IMG/VR virus record: IMGVR_UViG_3300035523_000135
DNA length: 32,543 nt
Source: a virus
Taxonomy: Duplodnaviria; Caudoviricetes
Strand: one strand, 5' to 3'
The position numbers were made by a program, and so were the translations under genes. Below the pieces are notes generated by a model. It was given only the letters and a program-made list of their open reading frames with translations. It searched no databases and was not told where the DNA came from. The number at the start of each line of letters is the position of its first letter. Position 1 is the first letter of the stretch. Positions 1-7,714 of this stretch are shown piece by piece.

Positions 1-936
1 ATGAAACTGCGCGCTTTACTGTCCGTGGGCATCCTGGCCTGTTCCGGCATCGCCCAGGCACAAAACGCCACTCCCGCCGCGCCTGCACCGGTCAAGATTG
101 AGCTCAAATTGGCGCCCGGCCAGATCCGCGCGTACAAGATCAGCGTGGACCAGAAGGGGACAATGACTCTCCCCGGTTCCGGGCAGAATATGCCACTGAA
201 CATCGGCGTCACCGCCTACGCCAAACTCATCGTCGACAAGCAGAACGACGACGGCACGTGGGCCGCGCGGTACAAGATCGGCGGGATGAAGACGACGATG
301 AACGGCGCCCCGATGAACCTGCCCAGCGGCACGGACGGCATGACCATTAAGGGCATCCTCAGCAAGACCGGCGCCTTCAAGCCGACGGACGATCAGCCGA
401 AATCCTCCGGACTGGGCATGGGGATGTCTCCCGGGCAGAGCATGAGCAATGTCCTTGGCAACCTGATGAACCTGCCGGAAAAGGCCGTGATAGTCGGCGA
501 CACCTGGTCCACCGTCGTCCCCCTGCCCTTCGACGCCACCGGCAAGTCCTCGATTACCGTTGACAGCAAGGTCCTGGGCATCGATCATCAGAACGGCGAT
601 CAGATCGTCCGCATTCAGCACGACAGTTCCGGCCCGCTGAACATGACGATGACCCAGCCGATGCCGATGAACATCGCCGGGACGATCAAGGGCTCCGGCC
701 TCTCACAGGTCTCGGTCAACTCCGGCGCGCCGCTCGACGACCTCTCTACCCAGCACATGACACTCACGGTCACCGGGCAGAACCCGTCCGGCAACGGTGA
801 TAAGATGAACATTTCCATGGACATGGTGATGACGTCGCACATCGAGTCCGTCGTGCTGGAGCGTAAGGCGGTAGTCGTGAAGACACCGGCTAAGCCCCCC
901 GTCAAAAAGGCGCCCGCAAAAGGCGCAAGGAAATAG
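1..936 (+). CDS. Secreted host protein, beta-rich, DUF6263-like, with Lys/Ala/Pro-rich C-terminal tail
   Basis: 311-aa ORF with signal peptide MKLRALLSVGILACSGIAQA. Shares motifs with the next ORF (LKLAPGQIRAY vs LKAGQTRTF; VIVGDTWS vs VAVGETWK). Family name is from recall only. Confidence 0.7.
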   Translation: MKLRALLSVGILACSGIAQAQNATPAAPAPVKIELKLAPGQIRAYKISVDQKGTMTLPGSGQNMPLNIGVTAYAKLIVDKQNDDGTWAARYKIGGMKTTMNGAPMNLPSGTDGMTIKGILSKTGAFKPTDDQPKSSGLGMGMSPGQSMSNVLGNLMNLPEKAVIVGDTWSTVVPLPFDATGKSSITVDSKVLGIDHQNGDQIVRIQHDSSGPLNMTMTQPMPMNIAGTIKGSGLSQVSVNSGAPLDDLSTQHMTLTVTGQNPSGNGDKMNISMDMVMTSHIESVVLERKAVVVKTPAKPPVKKAPAKGARK

Positions 937-988
937 TCTCCGGGGCGGCCGGTGCGCCGGCGCCCAACCGTTTGTGAGGAATACCGGT

Positions 989-1837
989 ATGAAATCAATT
1001 GGTTACTGGGCAGCCACCGCTTTCGCAGTGTGCGCCGGTGCAGCGCTCGCGCAAGACGTTCCCACCGGACCCGTTCGCCTCGACATCAGCCTCAAGGCCG
1101 GGCAGACGCGGACGTTCAAAATCGTGAGCGACACCATCCTCACAACAACCATACAGAGTCTTGAGCCGAAGAAAACGACGACGAAATCCAGCGGCACTTT
1201 TGAGATGGTGGTGGACGCGGTAAACCCGGATGGCTCGTACGCCGTCAAGATTCACACCGTCAAGCAGGCGCTTTCCGTGAACGGCGCCGACACCCCTGCC
1301 CCGGACGGCGCCGACGCCGACGTGAAGGCGACCCTCACCCGAGACGGTCGTTTTCGCGATGTCTCAGGCGCCCCGAAACTCAAGGACGGCGTTCCCGCAC
1401 CGATGACCGGCGAGGATTTTCTCAACACAGTCTTCGACAAGGAGGCCGCGCTTCCCAGCCAGCCCGTGGCCGTCGGCGAAACGTGGAAAGACAAGGTCGA
1501 GTCCCCCGTCGACAACACGCAGCCCAAAATGACCGTGAACAACAAACTGGTGGCGCTGGACCTGATGGACGCAACGCCTGTGGCGCGCGTGCTGAGGATC
1601 ATCTGCGAACCGATTCAGAACCCGTCCCCCGAGCCGGGCGTCACCGTAAGCGGGAAGATGGAAGGCGGCGGCCTGGCGACGATGGATCTCGCCAGCGGCC
1701 TGGTAGCGGACGAGCGCGACACGCTGAGGCTTACCGTCAACGTGGAAGCGCAGAATCCGGCCAACTCCGCGCAGAAGGTGAACCTGAAGACCGAAGCCAA
1801 CATCAAGGTCCGCGTGCAGTCGGCGCCGTCGGCGTAG
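989..1837 (+). CDS. Secreted host protein, paralog of 1..936
   Basis: ATG at 989 preceded by GAGGA (976-980); signal-peptide-like N-terminus ending AALA|QD; LP..PVAVGETW motif shared with the upstream paralog. Confidence 0.7.
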   Translation: MKSIGYWAATAFAVCAGAALAQDVPTGPVRLDISLKAGQTRTFKIVSDTILTTTIQSLEPKKTTTKSSGTFEMVVDAVNPDGSYAVKIHTVKQALSVNGADTPAPDGADADVKATLTRDGRFRDVSGAPKLKDGVPAPMTGEDFLNTVFDKEAALPSQPVAVGETWKDKVESPVDNTQPKMTVNNKLVALDLMDATPVARVLRIICEPIQNPSPEPGVTVSGKMEGGGLATMDLASGLVADERDTLRLTVNVEAQNPANSAQKVNLKTEANIKVRVQSAPSA

Positions 1838-1873
1838 GAAGATGTTGGGGGTAGGTTGATTGTGTGCAATCCC

Positions 1874-1938
1874 GTCATGCTGAGCGCAGTGAAGAATCTC
1901 AACGTTACACTGAGATTCTTCACTGCATACAGAATGGC
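1874..1938. repeat. REP-like extragenic palindrome
   Basis: Perfect 16-bp inverted repeat GCAGTGAAGAATCTCA (1886-1901) / TGAGATTCTTCACTGC (1911-1926) inside degenerate outer arms GTCATGCTGAGC...CAGAATGGC, resembling the widespread GTCATNCTGAGC...CTCAGAATGAC REP type. Confidence 0.75.
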
Positions 1939-1996
1939 GATCCGCCCGCTTCCTTCCAACCCCATCCCCGTACCCGCCTCCCCCACTCCCTGCCTC

Positions 1997-2026
1997 TTGG
2001 AGGCGGCCGATTCCGCGTGGTATAAT
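1997..2026 (+). promoter_or_regulatory. sigma70-type promoter of tRNA-Val
   Basis: TTGGAG (1997-2002), 18-nt spacer, extended -10 TGgTATAAT (2018-2026), ending 14 nt upstream of the tRNA. Confidence 0.75.
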
Positions 2027-2040
2027 GCCGTAGAGGGTTG

Positions 2041-2116
2041 GGGCGGATAGCTCAGCTGGAAGAGCATCTCGTTTACACCGAGACGGTCGTAGGTTCGAGT
2101 CCTACTTCGCCCACCA
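2041..2116 (+). tRNA. tRNA-Val (anticodon TAC)
   Basis: 76-nt cloverleaf: acceptor stem GGGCGGA/TTCGCCC, anticodon stem TCTCG/CGAGA with loop TT-TAC-AC, T arm GTAGG-TTCGAGT-CCTAC, encoded 3' CCA. Confidence 0.97.
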
Positions 2117-2147
2117 GGGCCGCGCAAGGCCGTTAGATTTTGTGCTT

Positions 2148-2197
2148 AAAACTCCCTCTGATCGAGTCTTATATCACTCAGATCAGGGGGTATTTTT
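2148..2197 (+). terminator. Hairpin plus T tract between tRNA and integrase
   Basis: Imperfect stem CCCTCTGATC-GAGT / ACTCAGATCAGGGGG followed by TATTTTT, ending at the int ATG (2198). Confidence 0.55.
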
Positions 2198-3202
2198 ATG
2201 TCCGGAAAATCGCAACAACCGTCTCTTTTTCCCCAAAGGGCACGCTCGCAACGACCGTCTCTTTTTTGGGCCGATGCACGCCGGATGGGCGACGCATGGA
2301 TCGTCGAGTGCAGCTACCGGCAGTTGTCGGACAGGACAATCGATAGCCGTCGACGCACCCTTGCCCAACTCGATTACTGGATGCGTGAGTACCACCATGA
2401 CGTCCTGGACTCCGACGCCGTGAAGGCGTTCCTGGTCTACCTCCACGACGCCAGACCGGGCGGACGATGGGGACAGGCAAGTCATAAAGCGGGGCGTGAC
2501 AGCCGACCCTCTACGATCTGGACCTACTGGACCACCCTGCGATCGTGGTGCCGCTGGATGTCCTCCGAGGGCCATACCGACGGCTACCTGATGGATGGGA
2601 TCAAGGCGCCGAAAAAAACGGTAGATCAGATTGTGCCGTTCTCACAGGCGCAGATCCGTGCCCTCGCCCAGGCCGCAAAACTCTCGGACAACCCTGCCCG
2701 GGATGAGGCGGTGGTGGCTGTCCTGATCGACACCGGCATGAGGGCGGCCGAACTCTGCGCCATGCGGATCGCGGACGTGGACCTGGCCGGCCACAAACTA
2801 TGGATCGCCCGAGGCAAAGGCGACAAAGGGCGAGCCGTCTACATAGGCCTCTCCGCGGCACGGGCAATCACGCGTTACCTGCGAAAGCGTACCGCCGACA
2901 TGGATGAACCGTTGATCATGAGCGAGCGGGGCGGACGGATGACCACGTCCGGACTCGGACAGCTGGTCGAGCGGCTCGGCCGCAAAGCCAGGGTGCAGGG
3001 GGTCCGGTGCAGCCCCCATACGTTTCGACATTCCATGGCTGTCATGTTCCTGCGCAATGGTGGGCACGTCTTCGCCCTCAAAGAGATCCTGGGTCACACC
3101 ACACTCCACATGACCAACCGCTACGTCCTGATCGCCCAGGCGGACGCCCAAGCCCAACACGTGCTCCATAGCCCCGCTGACGCCGTGTTTCGATCCAGGT
3201 AA
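2198..3202 (+). CDS. int: Tyrosine recombinase / phage integrase
   Basis: Catalytic set present: DTGMRAAEL (R), GKGDKGR (K), PHTFRH (HxxR), LGH, TNRY (Y); SAM-like N-terminal domain; adjacent to tRNA. Confidence 0.95.
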   Translation: MSGKSQQPSLFPQRARSQRPSLFWADARRMGDAWIVECSYRQLSDRTIDSRRRTLAQLDYWMREYHHDVLDSDAVKAFLVYLHDARPGGRWGQASHKAGRDSRPSTIWTYWTTLRSWCRWMSSEGHTDGYLMDGIKAPKKTVDQIVPFSQAQIRALAQAAKLSDNPARDEAVVAVLIDTGMRAAELCAMRIADVDLAGHKLWIARGKGDKGRAVYIGLSAARAITRYLRKRTADMDEPLIMSERGGRMTTSGLGQLVERLGRKARVQGVRCSPHTFRHSMAVMFLRNGGHVFALKEILGHTTLHMTNRYVLIAQADAQAQHVLHSPADAVFRSR

Positions 3203-3880
3203 CGGAGTGGCTGCGCCATTCTAGCCGGCCCGTCGGGATGAGCCAGTGGGCCTGAGGCCTCGGTAGAGGCCGCGGGGCGCCAGGCCCGTCCTGGGGCATC
3301 CTGGTGCCCGGAATCGGCATCCTGGCGAGCCGTCACAATCATCCGGAGATCTGGCCGGATGATTGAGGACCGGGGTGAAGTTCATCATGCCGGCCAGGAC
3401 TCCGGGAACCGGGATTGCGGAAGACCGGGATGAGGTCGGCAATCCCTAACCTTCATCATCCCGGAGAGGACCTGTCCGGGATTCCTGTAGACCCGGATGA
3501 GATCTCATCCGGTAATTGTCGAAGACAATCAGGCGACGGCGCGACGTCGTAGCGAAGCGGAGACCAAAGCGCTTAGTCGCAGGGGGTCCCTGGGGACCCG
3601 TTGGCGGGGGGACTGTCGCCGTAGGCGACACCATGTCTCCCAGAGTTTGGAGATCTCGGAATGCTCGCTTCGCTCGCACCCCCCTCCATCGCCCCCTCGG
3701 GGGCCCTTCGGAATTGTTTTGGCGTCCGCTTCGCTACCGCGTCACAATTCCGTACTGTTTCGCTAACGCTTCACGTCGGCTTCGCCGCCCGGATTGAAGA
3801 CCGGGATGACGATCTTTGGCTTCGCTTACATGCTCACCGTTTTTCCAGAGATCGTATGTAAAAAGTTCAACTATTTTTTC
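3203..3880. other. Structured non-coding region (iteron-like motifs, palindromes, GNA mini-hairpins); candidate replication origin
   Basis: No credible ORF; at least 8 CCGG(G)ATGA-type motifs in both orientations; perfect palindrome CCGGATGAGATCTCATCCGG (3493-3512); ~26-bp imperfect inverted repeat 3543-3568/3718-3743. Function is inferred. Confidence 0.45.
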
Positions 3881-3897
3881 TGAGCGTGAATTCCACC

Positions 3898-3924
3898 AAA
3901 GAAGAAGGGCGGCCGAAGCCGCCC
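3898..3924 (-). terminator. Intrinsic terminator of the leftward early operon
   Basis: Minus strand reads GGGCGGC-TTCG-GCCGCCC-TTCTTCTTT: 7-bp GC stem, UUCG loop, U-rich tail. Confidence 0.85.
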
Positions 3925-4017
3925 GGTAAATCAGCCCAGACCGAAACAGAGTCCCAGTCTTTCATTCTCATTAGTACCAATTCGCGAAGTAGGTCCAAAA
4001 GTGGACACCCTTACCAG

Positions 4018-4036
4018 AAAATAGTTGAACTATTTT
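4018..4036. promoter_or_regulatory. AT-rich palindromic operator-like site
   Basis: Perfect AAAATAGTT-G-AACTATTTT; related copies at 3859-3877 and 8376-8394. Confidence 0.5.
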
Positions 4037-4053
4037 TTGAGCACGAATTGCGC

Positions 4054-4488
4054 TCACAGCATTGCTGCCTTCTTCGCCTCTTCGCGATCGGTCCGGTAGT
4101 CGCGCCCTGTCATTGCGTAGACGATTTTGCTGGGCCCAATGTACTTGCGATCGCAGACCATATCGCCCATCGTCGTAATTCTCCAGGCATCCGTCAGAGG
4201 GTCGACATGAGCCCACGTGTTGAGCCTCATCCCGTTGATCAGGATGGAGATCTGCATATCGTTCCGATCGACTCCCTCCATCAGTTTTTCCTTAACCGGA
4301 GCGGGCATCCGCGCGAGCTTGATCGTTGACGTGAACTGCCCGCCCCCGTCTTTGAGTTCTATGGAGTCGATCGCCCATATCCGCCGCTTCGGTCCGATCA
4401 CGATCCTGGCGCCGCATTCGGTAATCCGGTATATCAATTCCAGCGAGGCCCCAACACGGTCGACCTCGAAGGTTGTTTCGACTTTCAT
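4054..4488 (-). CDS. Hypothetical phage protein (144 aa)
   Basis: Start overlaps the stop of the upstream sigma-like gene (ATGA); AAAGGGAAG RBS; no recognisable motif. Confidence 0.75.
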   Translation of the reverse strand: MKVETTFEVDRVGASLELIYRITECGARIVIGPKRRIWAIDSIELKDGGGQFTSTIKLARMPAPVKEKLMEGVDRNDMQISILINGMRLNTWAHVDPLTDAWRITTMGDMVCDRKYIGPSKIVYAMTGRDYRTDREEAKKAAML

Positions 4489-5279
4489 AGCTTCCCTTTC
4501 AGTGCGATCTGTGCCCTTGTACGCGCGCGTTGCGTAGCTTTCTCTGCGGCCTCTTCAGTAACCCCGAACTCTTTGCCTATCTCGGCTGCCGTGTAACCCT
4601 CGGCGACCATGTGGATGATCGACTGATCGCGCTCGCTTAACCCGGCAAGGGCGTCCTGCAGGACGATCGCCGTGTCAGAAGCCGACATCCAAGCCGGACT
4701 TTCAATCTCCGCGTCATCGTCGAACTCAACATCCCAGCCCCACTGATTCCGGCGGCACTTGGCGTTCGCCTTCCGCAATTCGTCTTTGATATCGCAGGCG
4801 ATCGCCTTTTTCATGTACCAGCCGAGCAGACTCTTGTCCGGATCGTGTTGTGCCATGGCCTGGATGGCGCTGACCATGATCATTTCGACCAGGTCCTCCG
4901 CTTCGCACCTTAGGTATACGTGTATCCCGCGGGCCATGTAGCTTCGGGCCATTTTGGCTGCGATCGGCCGCCATCGGAAGGCGACGTACTCGACCATTTG
5001 GGGATAGTAGTGCCACACCCTGGACAGATCGCGGTACCCCGGAATGGTCGGTTTGATTTTGCAGCCGAGCGGCACGACTGTCCGCGTATCATCATCGTCG
5101 ACGTGGAGCCATCCCTCGTCGACGGCGATCTCAAGCTCTGTTTGGACCGTGACGTTGTGGTCCGCACCGACGATATCGAAAGTGTCGGCACCCATCCGGC
5201 GGTATCGATTGATAGCCCGTCGGAACCGGATCTGTTTCAGATCATATTCTGGAGTTGAGCATGTCAGGACGGCGTTCAT
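4485..5279 (-). CDS. Phage-encoded sigma70-family (ECF-like) sigma factor with ~90-aa N-terminal extension
   Basis: Region-2-like AEDLVEMIMVSAIQAMAQHDPDKSLLGWYMKKAIACDIKDELRK; region-4 HTH LAGLSERDQSIIHMVAEGYTAAEIGKEFGVTEEAAEKATQRAR. Confidence 0.8.
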   Translation of the reverse strand: MNAVLTCSTPEYDLKQIRFRRAINRYRRMGADTFDIVGADHNVTVQTELEIAVDEGWLHVDDDDTRTVVPLGCKIKPTIPGYRDLSRVWHYYPQMVEYVAFRWRPIAAKMARSYMARGIHVYLRCEAEDLVEMIMVSAIQAMAQHDPDKSLLGWYMKKAIACDIKDELRKANAKCRRNQWGWDVEFDDDAEIESPAWMSASDTAIVLQDALAGLSERDQSIIHMVAEGYTAAEIGKEFGVTEEAAEKATQRARTRAQIALKGKL

Positions 5280-5491
5280 CGGATCACCACGTATTCGTTG
5301 GGTTGACGCCGGGCGTACGTCGTAAACTGTTCGATCATCCCGTTGGTGATCAAACGCAACAGAGCCGTCCTGATGGTTCCGCGGCCAACCCTGGCAGTCG
5401 TGGCGATCCGGTCGTAGCTCGTCGGCTCACCACGTCGGTTGAGCTCATCAATGGCGTTCATGACTTTGACTGTTGTAGTTGTGATTTTCAT
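5276..5491 (-). CDS. Small winged helix-turn-helix DNA-binding protein
   Basis: PTSYDRIATTARVGRGTIRTALLRLITNGMIE followed by a beta wing (PNEYVV); ATGA-coupled to the sigma-like gene. Confidence 0.75.
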   Translation of the reverse strand: MKITTTTVKVMNAIDELNRRGEPTSYDRIATTARVGRGTIRTALLRLITNGMIEQFTTYARRQPNEYVVIR

Positions 5492-5715
5492 ATAAGGCCT
5501 TTTTTGGAAACTTGTGGGACAAGTCCCTCATGAATACATGTCGAAACAAGGGCATGGAATCAGGGGAAGTCTTTTGGAGCTCTCATTCTATATAACGAAC
5601 CACAGTTTCTATGTGTTACCCGTAATGTGTCATTGGCTCCAGTACCACGCCAGGATGGCCAGGAGGATGAGGTATCCCCAGGTCGTGTTCAGTACCAACC
5701 GTGACAGCCTGTTTT

Positions 5716-6144
5716 TCATCCGATTCCTCCCGCCCGCGACCCAGTTGGGTCCTCCCTGAAAATCGGGTCAGCTGAACCTATCGTTATCGTCGCCAACCAA
5801 ACGGCGTCCTGGATCCGGTCAAACAGGTCCCAGTCGATTTCCCATCCATCTGCATCGTCCCGGACCGATCCGGTTTTGCACGGGACGATCTCCAGGTTGT
5901 CGCGCCGGCAGTCGCGCAGATCGCCGTTGATATGGCGCACCCGCCATTTTCCAGCAGGCGTCTCGTGCGCCCTCGCCGCAACCATCCGGGCGAGATATTC
6001 GCCAATGCGTCGGTTGCACCCCCTGGGTCCGACCCGGCGGGTCCGGAAAACCTGCCCGCGGTCCAGCAGATACCAGCGTTGTTGCATCAGGTCGACATCC
6101 TCATCGTCGATATGTACGTAAGCGCCCGTAATAGGGATTTTCAT
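5716..6144 (-). CDS. HNH endonuclease (phage HNH_3 type)
   Basis: N-terminal GAYVHIDDEDVDL motif and WRVRHINGDLRDCRRDNL HNH signature. Confidence 0.8.
   Translation of the reverse strand: MKIPITGAYVHIDDEDVDLMQQRWYLLDRGQVFRTRRVGPRGCNRRIGEYLARMVAARAHETPAGKWRVRHINGDLRDCRRDNLEIVPCKTGSVRDDADGWEIDWDLFDRIQDAVWLATITIGSADPIFREDPTGSRAGGIG
5764..5779. repeat. Dispersed palindrome, copy 1 (2 mismatches), inside HNH gene
   Basis: CGGGTCAGCTGAACCT; 5762-5781 matches ATAGGGTCAGCTGACCCTAT at 18/20. Confidence 0.75.
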
Positions 6145-6794
6145 CCGATCGCCTCCGTCGTTGCGTGGTGGCTGCCATTGCCGTCATTGGCCCACACGCG
6201 GCCTCCGCGGGTGTCGATCAACATGGCGCCGGGAACGGCGTCCAAAATCGTGATTGTGTCGACGCACGTGCTGATGCTGTAATAGGCGACATTGCCCTGG
6301 ACCCGGTTGCCCGCGCACGCGATATGCGAAACGGCGAACCAGCGATCACGGTTGGCCTCGTAGGCGTCGCGGAGAGCTCCGGCCCGGACGATCAGGACAG
6401 CTCCCGTCGCCTCCCAGGCGGTTGCGATCAATCGGTCGGCCGGGTAACGCCACAACCAGCCATCGGCCCGATAGCCGCCATCGGCGTCCACCTGGACGTC
6501 CTCGATCAACAGGTCCCTGTAGACGATCGGCAGGCCGGTGTGTTTGTTGATTTTCGCCGGTCGGAATTTCTCCTCGACCTCGACCGTACTGCCGAACGTT
6601 TGCACATAGGCGTCGACCTGGTTGGGGGTATGGGTCGAGACCGGACGGTCCGTCCGGATGTAATCGGGGATGGTGAGCGCGTACGCTGCGTCCAGTAGTC
6701 GGGTCGCCTCATCCGAGGCGCTGAGGTCGAGGTCGTTGTTGAAACCCTCGATCTGGGTCGGGCCCTGTTGCCCGTGTCTGCCCGTGTAGTGCAT
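6141..6794 (-). CDS. Putative PD-(D/E)XK-fold nuclease-like phage protein
   Basis: VD...VEVEEKFR catalytic-like pattern followed by DLLIE...GWLWRYPAD, a pattern seen in phage restriction-fold proteins; ATGA-coupled to the HNH gene. Confidence 0.55.
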   Translation of the reverse strand: MHYTGRHGQQGPTQIEGFNNDLDLSASDEATRLLDAAYALTIPDYIRTDRPVSTHTPNQVDAYVQTFGSTVEVEEKFRPAKINKHTGLPIVYRDLLIEDVQVDADGGYRADGWLWRYPADRLIATAWEATGAVLIVRAGALRDAYEANRDRWFAVSHIACAGNRVQGNVAYYSISTCVDTITILDAVPGAMLIDTRGGRVWANDGNGSHHATTEAIG

Positions 6795-6949
6795 ATCTCG
6801 ATTCCCGTCGCCGCGAGTGCAAATCGCTTGCGGTTTGACAATTGAGATATTGCCTGTTTATAGTTATTTGCTCCGAAATTGGTTTTGCGAACGTGGGTTC
6901 GGATGACGAGCGTAACTACCGGTATAGCCGAGGCTCAATATCCGGATCT

Positions 6950-7008
6950 GGGCGATCAATCATACCAGGCGAGGCCGGGAACGCGCTGTACGGGGCAGCA
7001 AATGCCTC
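6950..7008 (+). repeat. 59-bp non-coding direct repeat, copy A
   Basis: 53/59 identical, ungapped, to 8621-8679. Confidence 0.9.
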
Positions 7009-7027
7009 GTTTTGGGGTCAAAACGCC

Positions 7028-7051
7028 AAAAGGGCCGGATCTCTCCGGCCC
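7028..7051 (-). terminator. Intrinsic terminator
   Basis: Stem GGGCCGGA/TCCGGCCC (7032-7051), 4-nt loop, followed by TTTT on the minus strand, just downstream of the 7070-7186 ORF. Confidence 0.7.
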
Positions 7052-7069
7052 ATTGACGTATCCCGATCC

Positions 7070-7186
7070 TCAGCCCTCGTCCCACGTGATTACATCCAGT
7101 TCGCCCGACTCAATCGCCGCGACGACCTCGGAAACCGTCACCGTCATTCCCGCGTCAATTTTCTCGCTCACTGTCTTTTCCATCAT
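7070..7186 (-). CDS. Small acidic protein (38 aa), not in the ORF track
   Basis: MMEKTVSEKIDAGMTVTVSEVVAAIESGELDVITWDEG*; AAGGAG RBS upstream; terminator downstream. Confidence 0.6.
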   Translation of the reverse strand: MMEKTVSEKIDAGMTVTVSEVVAAIESGELDVITWDEG

Positions 7187-7245
7187 TTGCTCCTTGTGTG
7201 TGCGCGTGTGCCCTACATCCATGTAACGACCGTTATCAGGCCGTG

Positions 7246-7413
7246 TTACCGGTTTTCGAGCAGCCGTATTTGGTTCTGCAATTCCTGGATTTTGAGCGTG
7301 ACGTCCTCCGCGAATGCCTCAATTTCGGATCGAAACACTCCCAGCTGATCCCGAATCTCGGCCCGCACTATTTCAGCCGTCTCATCTGCCAACCGTTTCA
7401 GATCGTCATCCAT
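7246..7413 (-). CDS. Small coiled-coil protein (55 aa), not in the ORF track
   Basis: MDDDLKRLADETAEIVRAEIRDQLGVFRSEIEAFAEDVTLKIQELQNQIRLLENR*; GAGGT RBS; heptad pattern. Confidence 0.7.
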   Translation of the reverse strand: MDDDLKRLADETAEIVRAEIRDQLGVFRSEIEAFAEDVTLKIQELQNQIRLLENR

Positions 7414-7444
7414 CGTCCTACCTCATTACCGCCCGTGGTGGTCG

Positions 7445-7651
7445 TTACCGGGCATCCCGGTACAATGCGTCCATTAGCGCCTGCCTGAGATAGATCGCTC
7501 GCGCGATCGCCCTGGCCTTGCAGACGTCATCCAGCCTCGCCAGGGTCTCGTTGTCGACGTCCGTGCTGATCCTGTGGTCCCTGGACATTTGGTTTCGAGG
7601 CCGCCCTAACTTCTTCTTCGGGCGCCCCGGCCCTTTGTGTTGTTCATCCAT
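7445..7651 (-). CDS. Ribbon-helix-helix (CopG/Arc-like) regulator with N-terminal AT-hook-like GRP motifs
   Basis: GPGRPKKKLGRPR, then strand RISTDVD and two helices NETLARLDDVCKAR / RAIYLRQALMDAL; GGGAGA RBS. Confidence 0.7.
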   Translation of the reverse strand: MDEQHKGPGRPKKKLGRPRNQMSRDHRISTDVDNETLARLDDVCKARAIARAIYLRQALMDALYRDAR

Positions 7652-7714
7652 GTCGTTCTCCCATCTTAGTTGAGGGCAACCCGTGGGGCCGGTCTCCCGG
7701 CCCCGGATGGTTAC

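Noticed and set aside
2090-2116. attR duplicate of the tRNA 3' end
   Set aside because: No second copy seen by eye in the window, so the att core cannot be defined here.
3203-3880. CRISPR array, retron msr-msd or protein-coding genes in the post-integrase region
   Set aside because: Repeats are short, in mixed orientation and irregularly spaced; no cas or RT gene is present; ORFs here are short, low-complexity and lack RBSs.
5716-6794. HNH plus PD-(D/E)XK pair as an anti-phage defence or restriction system
   Set aside because: Both resemble common phage early-region nucleases; no methylase, ATPase or sensor partner is adjacent.
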